Part shown: in pieces, positions 1 through 7,912 of the stretch | Position numbering within the stretch: position 1 is the first letter of the stretch | How the letters are laid out: every line of letters begins with the position of its first letter | DNA from: Hyalangium minutum | GTDB taxonomy: Bacteria; Myxococcota; Myxococcia; Myxococcales; Myxococcaceae | DNA: 64,000 nt | NCBI RefSeq assembly: GCF_000737315.1 | Contig: NZ_JMCB01000026.1 | Coordinates: 1 to 64,000, forward strand | Direction: 5' to 3' | Position numbers and translations under genes: made by a program | Notes under the pieces: generated by a model | Databases searched by the model: none | The model's input: the letters and a program-made list of their open reading frames with translations, nothing else | Told to the model about the DNA's origin: nothing

Positions 1-150
1 ATGATGCAGCGGCTGGAGCGTCAGCTCATCGAGAGCACCCTGCGCCGCTACCACTACCGCAAGGACCACACCGCCAAGGCCCTGGGCCTGGCCCGCTCCT
101 CCCTCTTCAAGAAGCTCAAGCAGTGGGGCCTGGGCTCTGAGGAGGACTGA
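1..150 (+). CDS. 3' end of a sigma54-activator/Fis-family regulator (Fis-type HTH), partial
   Basis: Frame 1 reads ...LERQLIESTLRRYHYRKDHTAKALGLARSSLFKKLKQWGL...TGA(148-150), matching the Fis HTH pattern 'A..LG..R..L..K'. The 5' part is outside the window. Confidence 0.85.
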   Translation: MMQRLERQLIESTLRRYHYRKDHTAKALGLARSSLFKKLKQWGLGSEED

Positions 151-151
151 A

Positions 152-206
152 CTCCCGAGAGCGGAAACAGCCGTTCCTTTTCGAGGCTGGCGGAAATTCT
201 CGGGAG
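152..206 (+). terminator. Stem-loop after the Fis-HTH gene (possible terminator)
   Basis: CTCCCGAGA (152-160) and TCTCGGGAG (198-206) form an inverted repeat with an inner CAGCC/GGCTG pair; no clear U-tract. Confidence 0.4.
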
Positions 207-237
207 GGAGGCGGCGGGAATCGAACCCGCCGCCTCC
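207..237 (-). repeat. tmRNA/tRNA 3'-end-like att core, copy 1 (perfect hairpin)
   Basis: GGAGGCGGCGGG-AATCGAA-CCCGCCGCCTCC: 12-bp perfect stem. The minus strand reads ...GCGGGTTCGATTCCCGCCGCCTCC, i.e. a T-arm plus acceptor 3' strand. Confidence 0.7.
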
Positions 238-362
238 AGCGCGGGTCTGCTGTAGCTTGCTCTCATAGGCCCCGATCCCACAAGCAGGCAGGGGCTCCAC
301 GGGGGCCCGTGGGAGGCGGACGGTAGCGTGTGCCCTGGCGAGGTGTGGCTGGGGAGGGGCAG

Positions 363-590
363 GTGGGAACGCACGGGTGGGCGTACCGGCGAAGGCAGCC
401 GGAGGGGACGGTGCTGTACGAGGCGGTGCGGGAGAACCTGGCCACATTGCTGGCGGAAGCCAGCGAGGTAGGGCGCGGCCTGCCCCGGTATGTGGAGCGG
501 GACTTCGCCCGGTACCTGGAATGCGGAGTGCTGGCGCACGGCTTCGCGCGGGTGCGCTGCGAGAGTTGCAAGGACGAGCTGCTCGTCGCC
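363..590 (+). pseudogene. IS91-family (zinc-binding, rolling-circle) transposase N-terminal fragment
   Basis: [21 protein letters not shown]...[37 protein letters not shown] matches the transposase zinc-binding domain; homology stops before the second CxxC. Confidence 0.85.
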
Positions 591-653
591 CCCTGCCTGT
601 CCACCCTCGCCCGTCCCATCCCTGCCCTCCTTCTCGCCCTTGCTGGCGGGAGG

Positions 654-1538
654 TCACCTAGCATCGGGCTCCGACACAGCCTCCGCTGGAGCTTGGCGCG
701 GAGCGAGCGGCCGCCACTGTCCCCGGCGCCTGGCCGCCACCACCAGCGCCACGCCCGCGAGCGTGGAGAGCACGATCGACACGGCACCGGCCTCCGGTCC
801 GAAAGCTCCGCCCGTCCAGACCTCGGGCCCCACCGCGCGGCCCTCGAAGACGCCGTGCACGGCGCCCCCGGAGACCGCCAGCCCGAACACCACGCCTTGC
901 GTGCAGTTCCACGCGATGTGCACCCCAATGGGGAACCACAGCGAGCGGGTGAGCATGTAGCAGGCGCCCAACAGCAGCCCCGCCTCCACCGCGATGGCCA
1001 TGGCACTCACAACGGAGCCGTGCTCGTTGTTCATGTGAACGAACCCAAACAGCGCACCGCTCACGAGGAGAGCCACGCCCGAGCCCAGCCACTCCTCGAG
1101 CAGCCGGAAGAAAATGCCCCGGAAGATCACCTCCTCGAAGATGCCCGCGAAGAGGAAGATCGCCAGCCACAGGAGCATCTCGCGCCCATGCTGGAGCACC
1201 GTGCCCGGAGGGCCCGCGCTCCAGTGGATCCACCCGGGAACCGTGAGCACCGCGGCCACCGCGCCCATCAACCCGGTCCCCAGTCCCAGGCCCCAGGCCG
1301 CGTGACGCCCCGCACCCTGGAGCCCAAGCCCCAGCCGCGCAGGCCCCTGGCGCTCCAGGTAGCGGCCCACGCCCAGCATCGCCGCGAGGGCCGCCACGCA
1401 GGTCAGCAGCGAGTTGAGGAGCTGACGGCCCAGGCCCCCCATCGGCATCGTCACCCCCGCAGTGGCGATGGACAGCAGCAGCACCAGCGCGAGCGCGGCC
1501 AGGAGTGAGATCCCGAGCCGCACCAGCGGGTGCAGCAA
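654..1538 (-). CDS. CPBP (CAAX/Abi) family intramembrane glutamic protease
   Basis: EEVIFRG, FGFVH and HIAWN motifs; multiple TM segments. Start codon uncertain (TTG 1538 or CTG ~1571). Confidence 0.85.
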   Translation of the reverse strand: MLHPLVRLGISLLAALALVLLLSIATAGVTMPMGGLGRQLLNSLLTCVAALAAMLGVGRYLERQGPARLGLGLQGAGRHAAWGLGLGTGLMGAVAAVLTVPGWIHWSAGPPGTVLQHGREMLLWLAIFLFAGIFEEVIFRGIFFRLLEEWLGSGVALLVSGALFGFVHMNNEHGSVVSAMAIAVEAGLLLGACYMLTRSLWFPIGVHIAWNCTQGVVFGLAVSGGAVHGVFEGRAVGPEVWTGGAFGPEAGAVSIVLSTLAGVALVVAARRRGQWRPLAPRQAPAEAVSEPDAR

Positions 1539-1570
1539 GAAGCGCCGCAGCCGATTGCCGGACGAGAGCG

Positions 1571-4123
1571 TCAGAGGCCGTTGGGGACGATGGTCAGGGT
1601 CGAGGAACCCTTGTTGGTCAAGATGAGATCGACGTAGCCGTCAGCATTCATGTCGGCAATGGCAATCGCGTTGAGACCGGGGGAACTGCCCGTCGTGACG
1701 AGCGTCCCGGAGGTGAACGTTCCCGTGCCGCTGCCCGTCATGGGACGAACGCCACCCGTCGTCGCGGTGACCAGGATGTACGCATCCAGCTTCCCATCGC
1801 CATTGAAGTCACTGGCGACGACGCCCAAGGCCGAGTTGGCGACGGCCGAGGCTCCTGTAGCCGAGTCCACACCGGATGCCACGGTCCCGTTGCCAGCGCC
1901 TTTGAAGACGTACAGGTACGCTCCAGCCGCACCATTCGAGAGGATGTCGAGATTCCCGTCTCCGTCAGCGTCGCCAAAGGCAATGCCAGCCGTCTGGCCA
2001 TTTCGGCTATTGGTATAGGAAACAGGGGCCGCGAACGAAGCATTGCCTTGATTGATGAGGAGGTTGAGACGCGCCGAGGAGGGACTCGTCACGACAATGT
2101 CGGGATCGCCGTCACCATTCAGGTCTCGGCAAGCGATGGTTGACTGCACGCCGCCCGTGGAGGGGATGGCGATGAGCGGCGAGGACACGCTGAAATGACC
2201 ATCGCCGTCATTCAACAGGATGCTCACGTTGCTTGTCGTCACGCTGGTCGTCGCGATGTCGACAGCCCCATCCCCGTTGAAATCTCCCGCGCACAGGTGA
2301 ACGGATCCTGGAGCGCCGGTGGTGAAGCTCGTGAGCGTCCCGAACAGTCCAGGGGCACTCGCGCCGCGATTGAGATAAACGCTGATGCTCCCGTTCGTCG
2401 ACGACAGGTTGGTCTGGCCGTCGACCGTGACGGCATCGAGCCACCCGTCGCCGTCCACATCGGCCGCCACGACGGCATTACTCGAGAGCGGAGCGCCGGT
2501 GTAGTAATGCTCGGCCTGGACGGTGGCGTCGCGATTGCCGAAAAACACGGAGAGCGATCCGGAGGGGGTCGCGGCCGAGCCGGATTCGGCATTGGCGACC
2601 AGGATGTCGAGCTTCCCGTCGTTGTTCACGTCCGCGACTGCTGGAGCGAGCGGATTGTGCGGTGCGGGGAAGTTGATGGGCGTTCCGGGCACCTGGCCTG
2701 AGGGCGGAGTCTGACACGCTGCATTCGAGCAGATCTGACCCATATCACAAGCGTTGCTGCAAACATTGCAGTGCGCGGCGTCGCTCTGCAGGTTGACTTC
2801 GCAGCCGTCGGAGACAAGTCCGTTGCAGTCCGCGAGCGTCCCGCTGCAGCTCTGACACGTGGCCCCTTCGTAGGTAGGGGCGCATGCGCACGTGAAGCTG
2901 TTCACGCCGTCCGTGCACGTTCCGCCATTGAGGCAAGGATTGGGCGAGCACTCGTCGATGTTGGTGGCGCAGGTGGCACCCGAGTAACCGGGAGCGCATG
3001 CGCACGTGTAGCTGTTCACACCATCCGTGCACGTTCCACCGTTGAGGCAAGGATTGGGCGAGCACTCGTCGATGTTGGTGGCGCAGGTGGCGCCGGAGTA
3101 ACCGGGAGCGCATGCGCACGTGTAGCTGTTCACGCCGTCCGTGCACGTTCCGCCGTTGAGGCAAGGATTGGGTGAGCACTCGTTGATGTTGGTGGCACAG
3201 GTGGCGCCGGAGTAACCGGGAGCGCATGCGCACGTGTAGCTGTTCACGCCGTCCGTGCACGTCCCGCCGTTGAGGCACGGATTGGGCGAGCACTCGTTGA
3301 TGTTGGTGGCGCAGGTGGTGCCCGAGTAACCGGGGGCGCACTGGCACGTGTAGCTGTTCACGCCGTCCGTGCACGTTCCGCCATTGAGGCAAGGATTGGG
3401 TGAGCACTCATTGATGTTGGTAGCGCAGCCAGGGCCTGAATAACCGGGGGCGCATTGGCACGTGTAGCTGTTCACGCCGTCCGTGCACGTTCCGCCATTG
3501 AGGCAAGGGTTGGGCTGGCACTCATTGACGTCCGTGGCACAGGTCGCGCCCGAATAGCCGGGGGTGCATGCGCACGTGTAGCCATTCACGCCGTCCGTGC
3601 ACGTCCCGCCGTTGAGGCACGGATTGGACTCGCACTCGTTGACGTTGGTTTCGCAGGTAGCGCCGGAGTAACCGGGGGCGCACTGGCACGTGTAGCTGTT
3701 CACGCCGTCCGCGCAGGTTCCGCCGTTGAGGCACGGCTGGGCGGCGCAGTCATCGATGTTGGATTCGCAATTCGTTCCCGAATAACCCGTTGCACATTGA
3801 CAGGTGTAGCCATTGACGCCGTCCGTACAGGATCCGCCATTGAGGCAAGGCTGGGCGGCACAGTCGTCGACGTTCGTGCAGACGCTGGGCTCTTGAGAGC
3901 ACTTCCAGCCACTCTCGGTCAGGCACTTATTCGAGCAACCATCTCCGCCGGCCGTGTTCCCATCGTCACAAGACTCCGGGGAATCGGTAGACCCGTCGCC
4001 ACAGACCGCTTTCCCGTTGCCATCGAACGGAGGGGGGTCCTCGTGGCATCCGGTGGAGCCGAGTATCGCGGTGAAGACAAATGTCAAGCTGAAGAGGCGG
4101 AAAACTGAGCGAGCAGGCGACAT
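1571..4123 (-). CDS. Secreted/lipoprotein with Myxococcus Cys-rich repeat, 9 Ca-binding EGF-like repeats and FG-GAP/VCBS beta-propeller
   Basis: Hydrophobic N-terminus ending GSTG-C; CGDG...CDDGN...DGCS motif; 9 x 38-aa N[IV][ND]EC.PNPCLNGGTCTDGVNSYTC.C.PGYSG..C; C-terminal D[VF][ND]GDG..D[IL] repeats. Confidence 0.9.
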   Translation of the reverse strand: MSPARSVFRLFSLTFVFTAILGSTGCHEDPPPFDGNGKAVCGDGSTDSPESCDDGNTAGGDGCSNKCLTESGWKCSQEPSVCTNVDDCAAQPCLNGGSCTDGVNGYTCQCATGYSGTNCESNIDDCAAQPCLNGGTCADGVNSYTCQCAPGYSGATCETNVNECESNPCLNGGTCTDGVNGYTCACTPGYSGATCATDVNECQPNPCLNGGTCTDGVNSYTCQCAPGYSGPGCATNINECSPNPCLNGGTCTDGVNSYTCQCAPGYSGTTCATNINECSPNPCLNGGTCTDGVNSYTCACAPGYSGATCATNINECSPNPCLNGGTCTDGVNSYTCACAPGYSGATCATNIDECSPNPCLNGGTCTDGVNSYTCACAPGYSGATCATNIDECSPNPCLNGGTCTDGVNSFTCACAPTYEGATCQSCSGTLADCNGLVSDGCEVNLQSDAAHCNVCSNACDMGQICSNAACQTPPSGQVPGTPINFPAPHNPLAPAVADVNNDGKLDILVANAESGSAATPSGSLSVFFGNRDATVQAEHYYTGAPLSSNAVVAADVDGDGWLDAVTVDGQTNLSSTNGSISVYLNRGASAPGLFGTLTSFTTGAPGSVHLCAGDFNGDGAVDIATTSVTTSNVSILLNDGDGHFSVSSPLIAIPSTGGVQSTIACRDLNGDGDPDIVVTSPSSARLNLLINQGNASFAAPVSYTNSRNGQTAGIAFGDADGDGNLDILSNGAAGAYLYVFKGAGNGTVASGVDSATGASAVANSALGVVASDFNGDGKLDAYILVTATTGGVRPMTGSGTGTFTSGTLVTTGSSPGLNAIAIADMNADGYVDLILTNKGSSTLTIVPNGL
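2852..3877 (-). repeat. Nine tandem 114-bp EGF-coding repeats
   Basis: Near-identical 114-nt units are visible in the DNA (e.g. gttgaggcaaggattgggcgagcactcg); repeats 5-9 are nearly identical in protein. Confidence 0.9.
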
Positions 4124-4356
4124 TGTTAAATTTTACGCACAGTACGGGAGCGCTTGCAACGGAACCCCTCACGGTGGGCTGGGTGCGGCCGGCGGGGCCA
4201 GCATACGCTTCCACTTGCCGATCCACGTCTTGCTCATGTCGTTTCCGTCTCCGGTTTGGTCCTTTTTGGGTCCCAAAAACCGGATTTGGTCCCGAAAATG
4301 CGGGCGCAGTCCCGTTCTCAGAGGGTGGCGCCTTGAAAGCGGCGGGTTGCTCTGCT

Positions 4357-4381
4357 TGGAAGCGGCGGCAATCGAACCCGC
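4357..4381 (-). repeat. tmRNA/tRNA 3'-end-like att core, copy 2 (degenerate)
   Basis: TGGAAGCGGCGGCAATCGAACCCGC, versus copy 1 GGAGGCGGCGGGAATCGAACCCGC (two substitutions). Confidence 0.6.
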
Positions 4382-4507
4382 GCCGGGCAGTGCGAAACCT
4401 CTAGCAGAATCGCGCCCTTACCTCGCAACCGCTCGGAATGCTTGGGAATGGGTATCCCGTCGCGTCCCGTTTCGTCCCGTCCTGTTCCAGCCCGTTCCGC
4501 AGGCTCC

Positions 4508-4528
4508 TGCGACATACGTGCGACATGG
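4508..4528 (+). repeat. Direct-repeat motif TGCGACATACGTGCGACATGG (copy A)
   Basis: Matches 5759-5779 at 20/21; contains an internal TGCGACAT direct repeat. Confidence 0.75.
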
Positions 4529-4727
4529 CGGACGTGGTGAGCGCTGGCGCTCGTGGCAAGCGCTGGGCCTCGCGGCGGCTTGCTGGATGCGGTAGGCCAG
4601 AGCGCTCTCCTGGCGGGACTACCACTGAGCGCGCCCCAATCCACGGGACAGGCTGATGAGCCGCCCGCGGATCGAAGTCATGGCCGCGGGCGTTATCTAC
4701 CGGCACATCCTGACCGACCCGGCTCAC

Positions 4728-4759
4728 GCTGCGGCGCGAGTGTGTGAACGCGCCGCAGC
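4728..4759 (-). terminator. Hairpin just downstream of the 4771-5193 gene
   Basis: GCTGCGGCGCG-10 nt-CGCGCCGCAGC: 11-bp perfect stem, 11 nt past the stop codon. Confidence 0.55.
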
Positions 4760-4770
4760 GGCCAGTAGCG

Positions 4771-5193
4771 TTATTGCAGATAGACCCAGACGACGTTGGT
4801 CCAGCAGATCAAGTTTCCGTTCACATTGTTGATGACTTTGGCATATCGCTGGTAGTTCCCGCTGTAGCCGCCTGGATTCCCATACCCGGTCAGCACCGTA
4901 GTCCCAAATCCGGAGAGAGGCGCGGGGTAGGTCTCACCGCCCGGGATATCTTCGACTCCATTCTTGGTGCCGTAGAACACGATCGAGAAAAAACTATGAT
5001 AATACGGCACCATCGGCCCCGCATAGGGGCCGGGGGGGTAGGGGACGTTCACCTCGTAGGTGAAGGACTGCCCGACATAGATGTAAGCCGAACTGGACTG
5101 ATTGACGGTGAGCGTGCACGGGTCCGCCCAGGCCTCGCTCGCCGCGAGCACGGTCATCAACATGGCAGCAGCCAGAGTCGTTTTGATCTTCAT
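4771..5193 (-). CDS. Hypothetical secreted protein (~140 aa)
   Basis: MKIKTTLAAAMLMTVLAASEAWA|DPC signal peptide; GAGAG upstream of ATG 5193; beta-rich Tyr/Gly/Val mature part. Confidence 0.7.
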   Translation of the reverse strand: MKIKTTLAAAMLMTVLAASEAWADPCTLTVNQSSSAYIYVGQSFTYEVNVPYPPGPYAGPMVPYYHSFFSIVFYGTKNGVEDIPGGETYPAPLSGFGTTVLTGYGNPGGYSGNYQRYAKVINNVNGNLICWTNVVWVYLQ

Positions 5194-5280
5194 TTCATCT
5201 CTCATGAGTGAGACTTCACAAATGTCTTCCGCACGCTTGCGGCAGTTCTTTGGTGTGAGTGCCAAGGATCATGACTGCCT

Positions 5281-5645
5281 TCACTGAAGGTGAACCGGAC
5301 CATAGCCACGAGAGAGGTCCAAGTCATTCTCAAAATCGCTCGCAGATAGGCTCCGCCGGTCCATGGACAGTGACTTCCGCGCTACGTTGGCTCGAGCAAG
5401 CTCAGCAATATTCAGGTCGTCGGCGTAGCGCGCCTGTTCCTCTGCCGTCATGGCAGCCTTGTCTTCAAGCAGGCTAATCATCACCGTGTTGGTAAGGCAC
5501 CCGGCCAGACTCACCGCCGATCCCAGTTTGTCCGAGACTCTCGCGCGGCCCTCACCCGTGAACACGTGGGAAGAATGGGCCAGGAGCCGCGCGCGGAGTT
5601 CGCCAGCGTGTTGCACCAGTTCCCCCTGCTTGTCGGCAGGGCCAT
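5281..5645 (-). pseudogene. 5'-truncated fragment of an unknown gene
   Basis: Open, protein-like reading frame (...GELRARLLAHSSH...ISLLEDKAAM...VHLQ*) with atypical codon use, abutting the integrase remnant. No family recognised. Confidence 0.35.
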
Positions 5646-5743
5646 TCAGGAGTTGATGGGACACGTCACCATCGAAATGGCCGAGCGCTACGCTCACCTC
5701 AGGCCCGGACACGTGCAGAGATGCGGTCAGGGTGCTCGACCGG
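5644..5743 (+). pseudogene. Tyrosine recombinase/integrase C-terminal remnant (frameshifted)
   Basis: IQELMGHVTIEMAERYAHL carries the LGH and catalytic-Tyr motif (TAC 5689-5691) and continues in the +1 frame as RDAVRVLD. Confidence 0.8.
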
Positions 5744-5758
5744 CCCGCTGCGTCCGCG

Positions 5759-5779
5759 TGCGACATACGTGCAACATGG
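5759..5779 (+). repeat. Direct-repeat motif TGCGACATACGTGCAACATGG (copy B)
   Basis: Near-identical to 4508-4528; lies between the integrase end and core copy 3. Confidence 0.75.
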
Positions 5780-5823
5780 ATGGAGGATGCCGCTAGCCAT
5801 CCGTAACACCGAGGTAAAAAAGG

Positions 5824-5847
5824 GGTGGAGGCGGGAATCGAACCCGC
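5824..5847 (-). repeat. tmRNA/tRNA 3'-end-like att core, copy 3 (3-nt deletion)
   Basis: GGTGGAGGCGGGAATCGAACCCGC; the minus strand ends ...CCTCCACC, like a CCA end. Confidence 0.6.
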
Positions 5848-5864
5848 CGCTCCCCATGGCGGAG

Positions 5865-5990
5865 GCGAGCCGAAAGAACAAGAGGCGAGCGCACCGCCCG
5901 AGGCAGCAGCGAAGGCGGAAACGAAGAAGGAGCGCATGGCGCGACTGGATTGGGCCGAGCTGCTGCGCAGCAGCTTGGCGCTCGAGTTCT
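5865..5990 (+). pseudogene. IS91-like transposase C-terminal fragment
   Basis: ...AAAKAETKKERMARLDWAELLR resembles the R[LV]DWA.LLRR.F C-terminal motif of myxobacterial IS91-like transposases (recalled). Confidence 0.6.
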
Positions 5991-6177
5991 TACAGAGCTG
6001 CGTGCACTCTACGGTCTCCGAACTGCCTAGCACCCGGCTGAGCCCTTGCGCTTCATATGTGGAAGGATCAGCGGAGACGTGTCCGAGAGAAGGGGCGGCC
6101 GTCTATACCGAGCGCTGAATGACACCCTGCCCCAAGGGGCATCGCAGGTTCCTCGCACGGTCCGGTAGCCTGAGGGG

Positions 6178-6642
6178 ATGGCGCAGCCACCGAACACGGG
6201 AAAGAAGAGCAGCGGGTCTTTCGCTCAATGGTTCGTCCCGCTTGCTCTCATCGGAAGCTGCTGTGCTTACAGCGTCTTCACTCCTTCCTCATCCTCATCG
6301 CGCGCACAGCAGGCTCCTCCGCCCACACCTGCGGTGACCGCGCCAGCTCCGGTGCCGCAAACAGCGCCGCAGCCTGCCGTGAAGAAAAAGGCGGCAGCCG
6401 CCAAGCCCACCGCAAAGAAGGCAGCGCCCACCTCTGGGTCGGCATCATCCTCCGCGACCCGCCCAGCGGCGCTGCCGCCTCCAGCGGCCACTCCTGCGCG
6501 CGAGGAGTACTCCCCTCCTCCAACGCCCAGCTACGCCCCGGCCCGCAGTTGCTGCAAGGTGTGCAGGACGGGGTGTCCGTGCGGGGACTCCTGCATCTCC
6601 TGCAGCAAGACGTGTCGCAAGGGTCCAGGTTGCGCGTGTTGA
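6178..6642 (+). CDS. Membrane-anchored Pro/Ala-rich protein with C-terminal 10-Cys domain
   Basis: GAGGGG RBS; hydrophobic segment WFVPLALIGSCCAYSVF; PA-rich linker; CCKVCRTGCPCGDSCISCSKTCRKGPGCAC*. Confidence 0.75.
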   Translation: MAQPPNTGKKSSGSFAQWFVPLALIGSCCAYSVFTPSSSSSRAQQAPPPTPAVTAPAPVPQTAPQPAVKKKAAAAKPTAKKAAPTSGSASSSATRPAALPPPAATPAREEYSPPPTPSYAPARSCCKVCRTGCPCGDSCISCSKTCRKGPGCAC

Positions 6643-6663
6643 TTTGATGGACTGGCAGGCTCG

Positions 6664-7797
6664 TCACCCGCGGGCCTGTTCGGCGCGACGGGCGGGCACG
6701 CCAACATCCGTGAGCGATTCGAGCACCTCCTCCAGGGCCTCCTGCGCTCCATAGGGAACGCCCAGCCCTTCGAGGCCCGCCCGAAGATCCGCCTCCACGG
6801 CTGCCGCCGACGGATAGCGCTCCTCCGGCTGCCGCTGGAGCAACCGGCGGAGAATGGAGCGCAGCGGCTCGGCCAGCCGCTGGGTGATTTCCTCCACATC
6901 CCGCCGCGTCAACGCGGCCGCCCGCAGGATGCAGTCCTCCGCATGCTCCGGCAGCTCTGCCCGCGTGGCCATGAAGGAGGCCTCCAGCACCCGCCTCTTC
7001 ACCTGGGGCGGCAACGCCGCCTCCAGCTCCGAGGGCCGCAGGTGGCCCAGGTTGTACACATGATGCCAGGTGGCCAGCTCCAGCAGCACCAGCCCCAGCG
7101 AAAACAAATCCGAGCGCGCATCCTGCTCCTCGCCGAGCAGCGCCTCGGGTGAGCAATAGAACACGTCCCCCTGCGGACGCGGGAGCGTGGTGGCCACCCG
7201 CCCCGGCAGCAAGGAACGCGCACGAGCGAAGTCCGTCAGCAGCACCCCGCCCTCGGGGCCCAGGAAGATTCGCGCCGGGTTCACGTCCCGATGAACGATG
7301 CCCAGCGGCGCACCTGTCTCATCCGTGCACGTATGCGCATGGTGGAGAGCGCTGGCCGCCTCGGCCCCCACGTACAGACAGAATGCCGGGGACAAGACGA
7401 CCTCGCGCATCATCGACTGGTTGATCAGCGTGTTGAGCGAGGCCCCCGCCACCCGCTCGGTCACGACGTAGAGGACACCCTGGATCTCATAGGGCCCGAA
7501 GGTGCGGGCGATCTTCGGATGACGCAGGAAGGTGGCCAGCCGCGCTTCCTCGCGGAGCCGCGCGCGCATCCGGAACTGCACTTCGTCCAGGCCGGAAGCC
7601 GCGGGCAAGGTGCGGACGAGGACCTCGCGCAGGCGCTTCTTCTCCGTGCGCTCCCAGGCGGGGATGCACCGCTCTCCAACCCTCGACTGCGCCAGGTCCT
7701 GGGCCAGCGGCCGAGACAGATCCACCTCATACGACAGCTCCCCCTGGGAGAAGAGGATGACGCCCGGGATGCTCCAGCTTTGAAGAGACCTGGCCAT
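6664..7797 (-). CDS. Ser/Thr kinase-like protein (probable pseudokinase)
   Basis: HPKIART, IVHRDVNP, LLTDFAR, YCSPE, SDLFSLG; no Gly-rich loop and the beta3 Lys is replaced by Arg (VLVR). Start set at ATG 7797. Confidence 0.85.
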   Translation of the reverse strand: MARSLQSWSIPGVILFSQGELSYEVDLSRPLAQDLAQSRVGERCIPAWERTEKKRLREVLVRTLPAASGLDEVQFRMRARLREEARLATFLRHPKIARTFGPYEIQGVLYVVTERVAGASLNTLINQSMMREVVLSPAFCLYVGAEAASALHHAHTCTDETGAPLGIVHRDVNPARIFLGPEGGVLLTDFARARSLLPGRVATTLPRPQGDVFYCSPEALLGEEQDARSDLFSLGLVLLELATWHHVYNLGHLRPSELEAALPPQVKRRVLEASFMATRAELPEHAEDCILRAAALTRRDVEEITQRLAEPLRSILRRLLQRQPEERYPSAAAVEADLRAGLEGLGVPYGAQEALEEVLESLTDVGVPARRAEQARG

Positions 7798-7912
7798 GCG
7801 CAACTGCCTCCGCGCGGCGCCCAAGCGGCACCGCCCCGCGGACACGAACACGACCCAGCATGTGCTGTCAAAAGAGAACGACGCAGCAGGTAGGACGCGG
7901 CGTCCACCAGGC

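Larger units (their letters stand above)
4357..5847. mobile_element. Decayed ~1.5-kb integrative-element remnant bounded by att-like cores
   Basis: Core(4357)-arm repeat(4508) ... integrase C-terminal remnant(5644)-arm repeat(5759)-core(5824); lower GC than the flanks by eye. Confidence 0.55.

Noticed and set aside
207-237. tRNA or tmRNA gene
   Set aside because: Only the T-arm and 3' acceptor strand are present, with no D-arm, anticodon arm or tag reading frame; treated as an att-like fragment.
330-1508. 392-aa ORF as an intact transposase
   Set aside because: Homology ends at ~590; the remainder is antisense to the CAAX protease and has no Y2/HUH catalytic motifs.
654-1538. CPBP protease as the myxosortase for the giant protein's MYXO-CTERM
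   Set aside because: Same superfamily, but it lies ~50 kb away in mobile DNA and shows only generic Abi-type motifs; nothing in the sequence links them.
2852-3877. CRISPR-like or non-coding repeat array; eukaryotic contamination
   Set aside because: Units are 114-nt in-frame coding repeats without unique spacers, and they are fused to a myxobacterial Cys-rich repeat in a bacterial gene context.
5281-6033. 250-aa minus-strand ORF as a single real gene
   Set aside because: Its 5' half is antisense to the integrase remnant, att core and transposase fragment; only the 3' ~120 codons look like a gene fragment.
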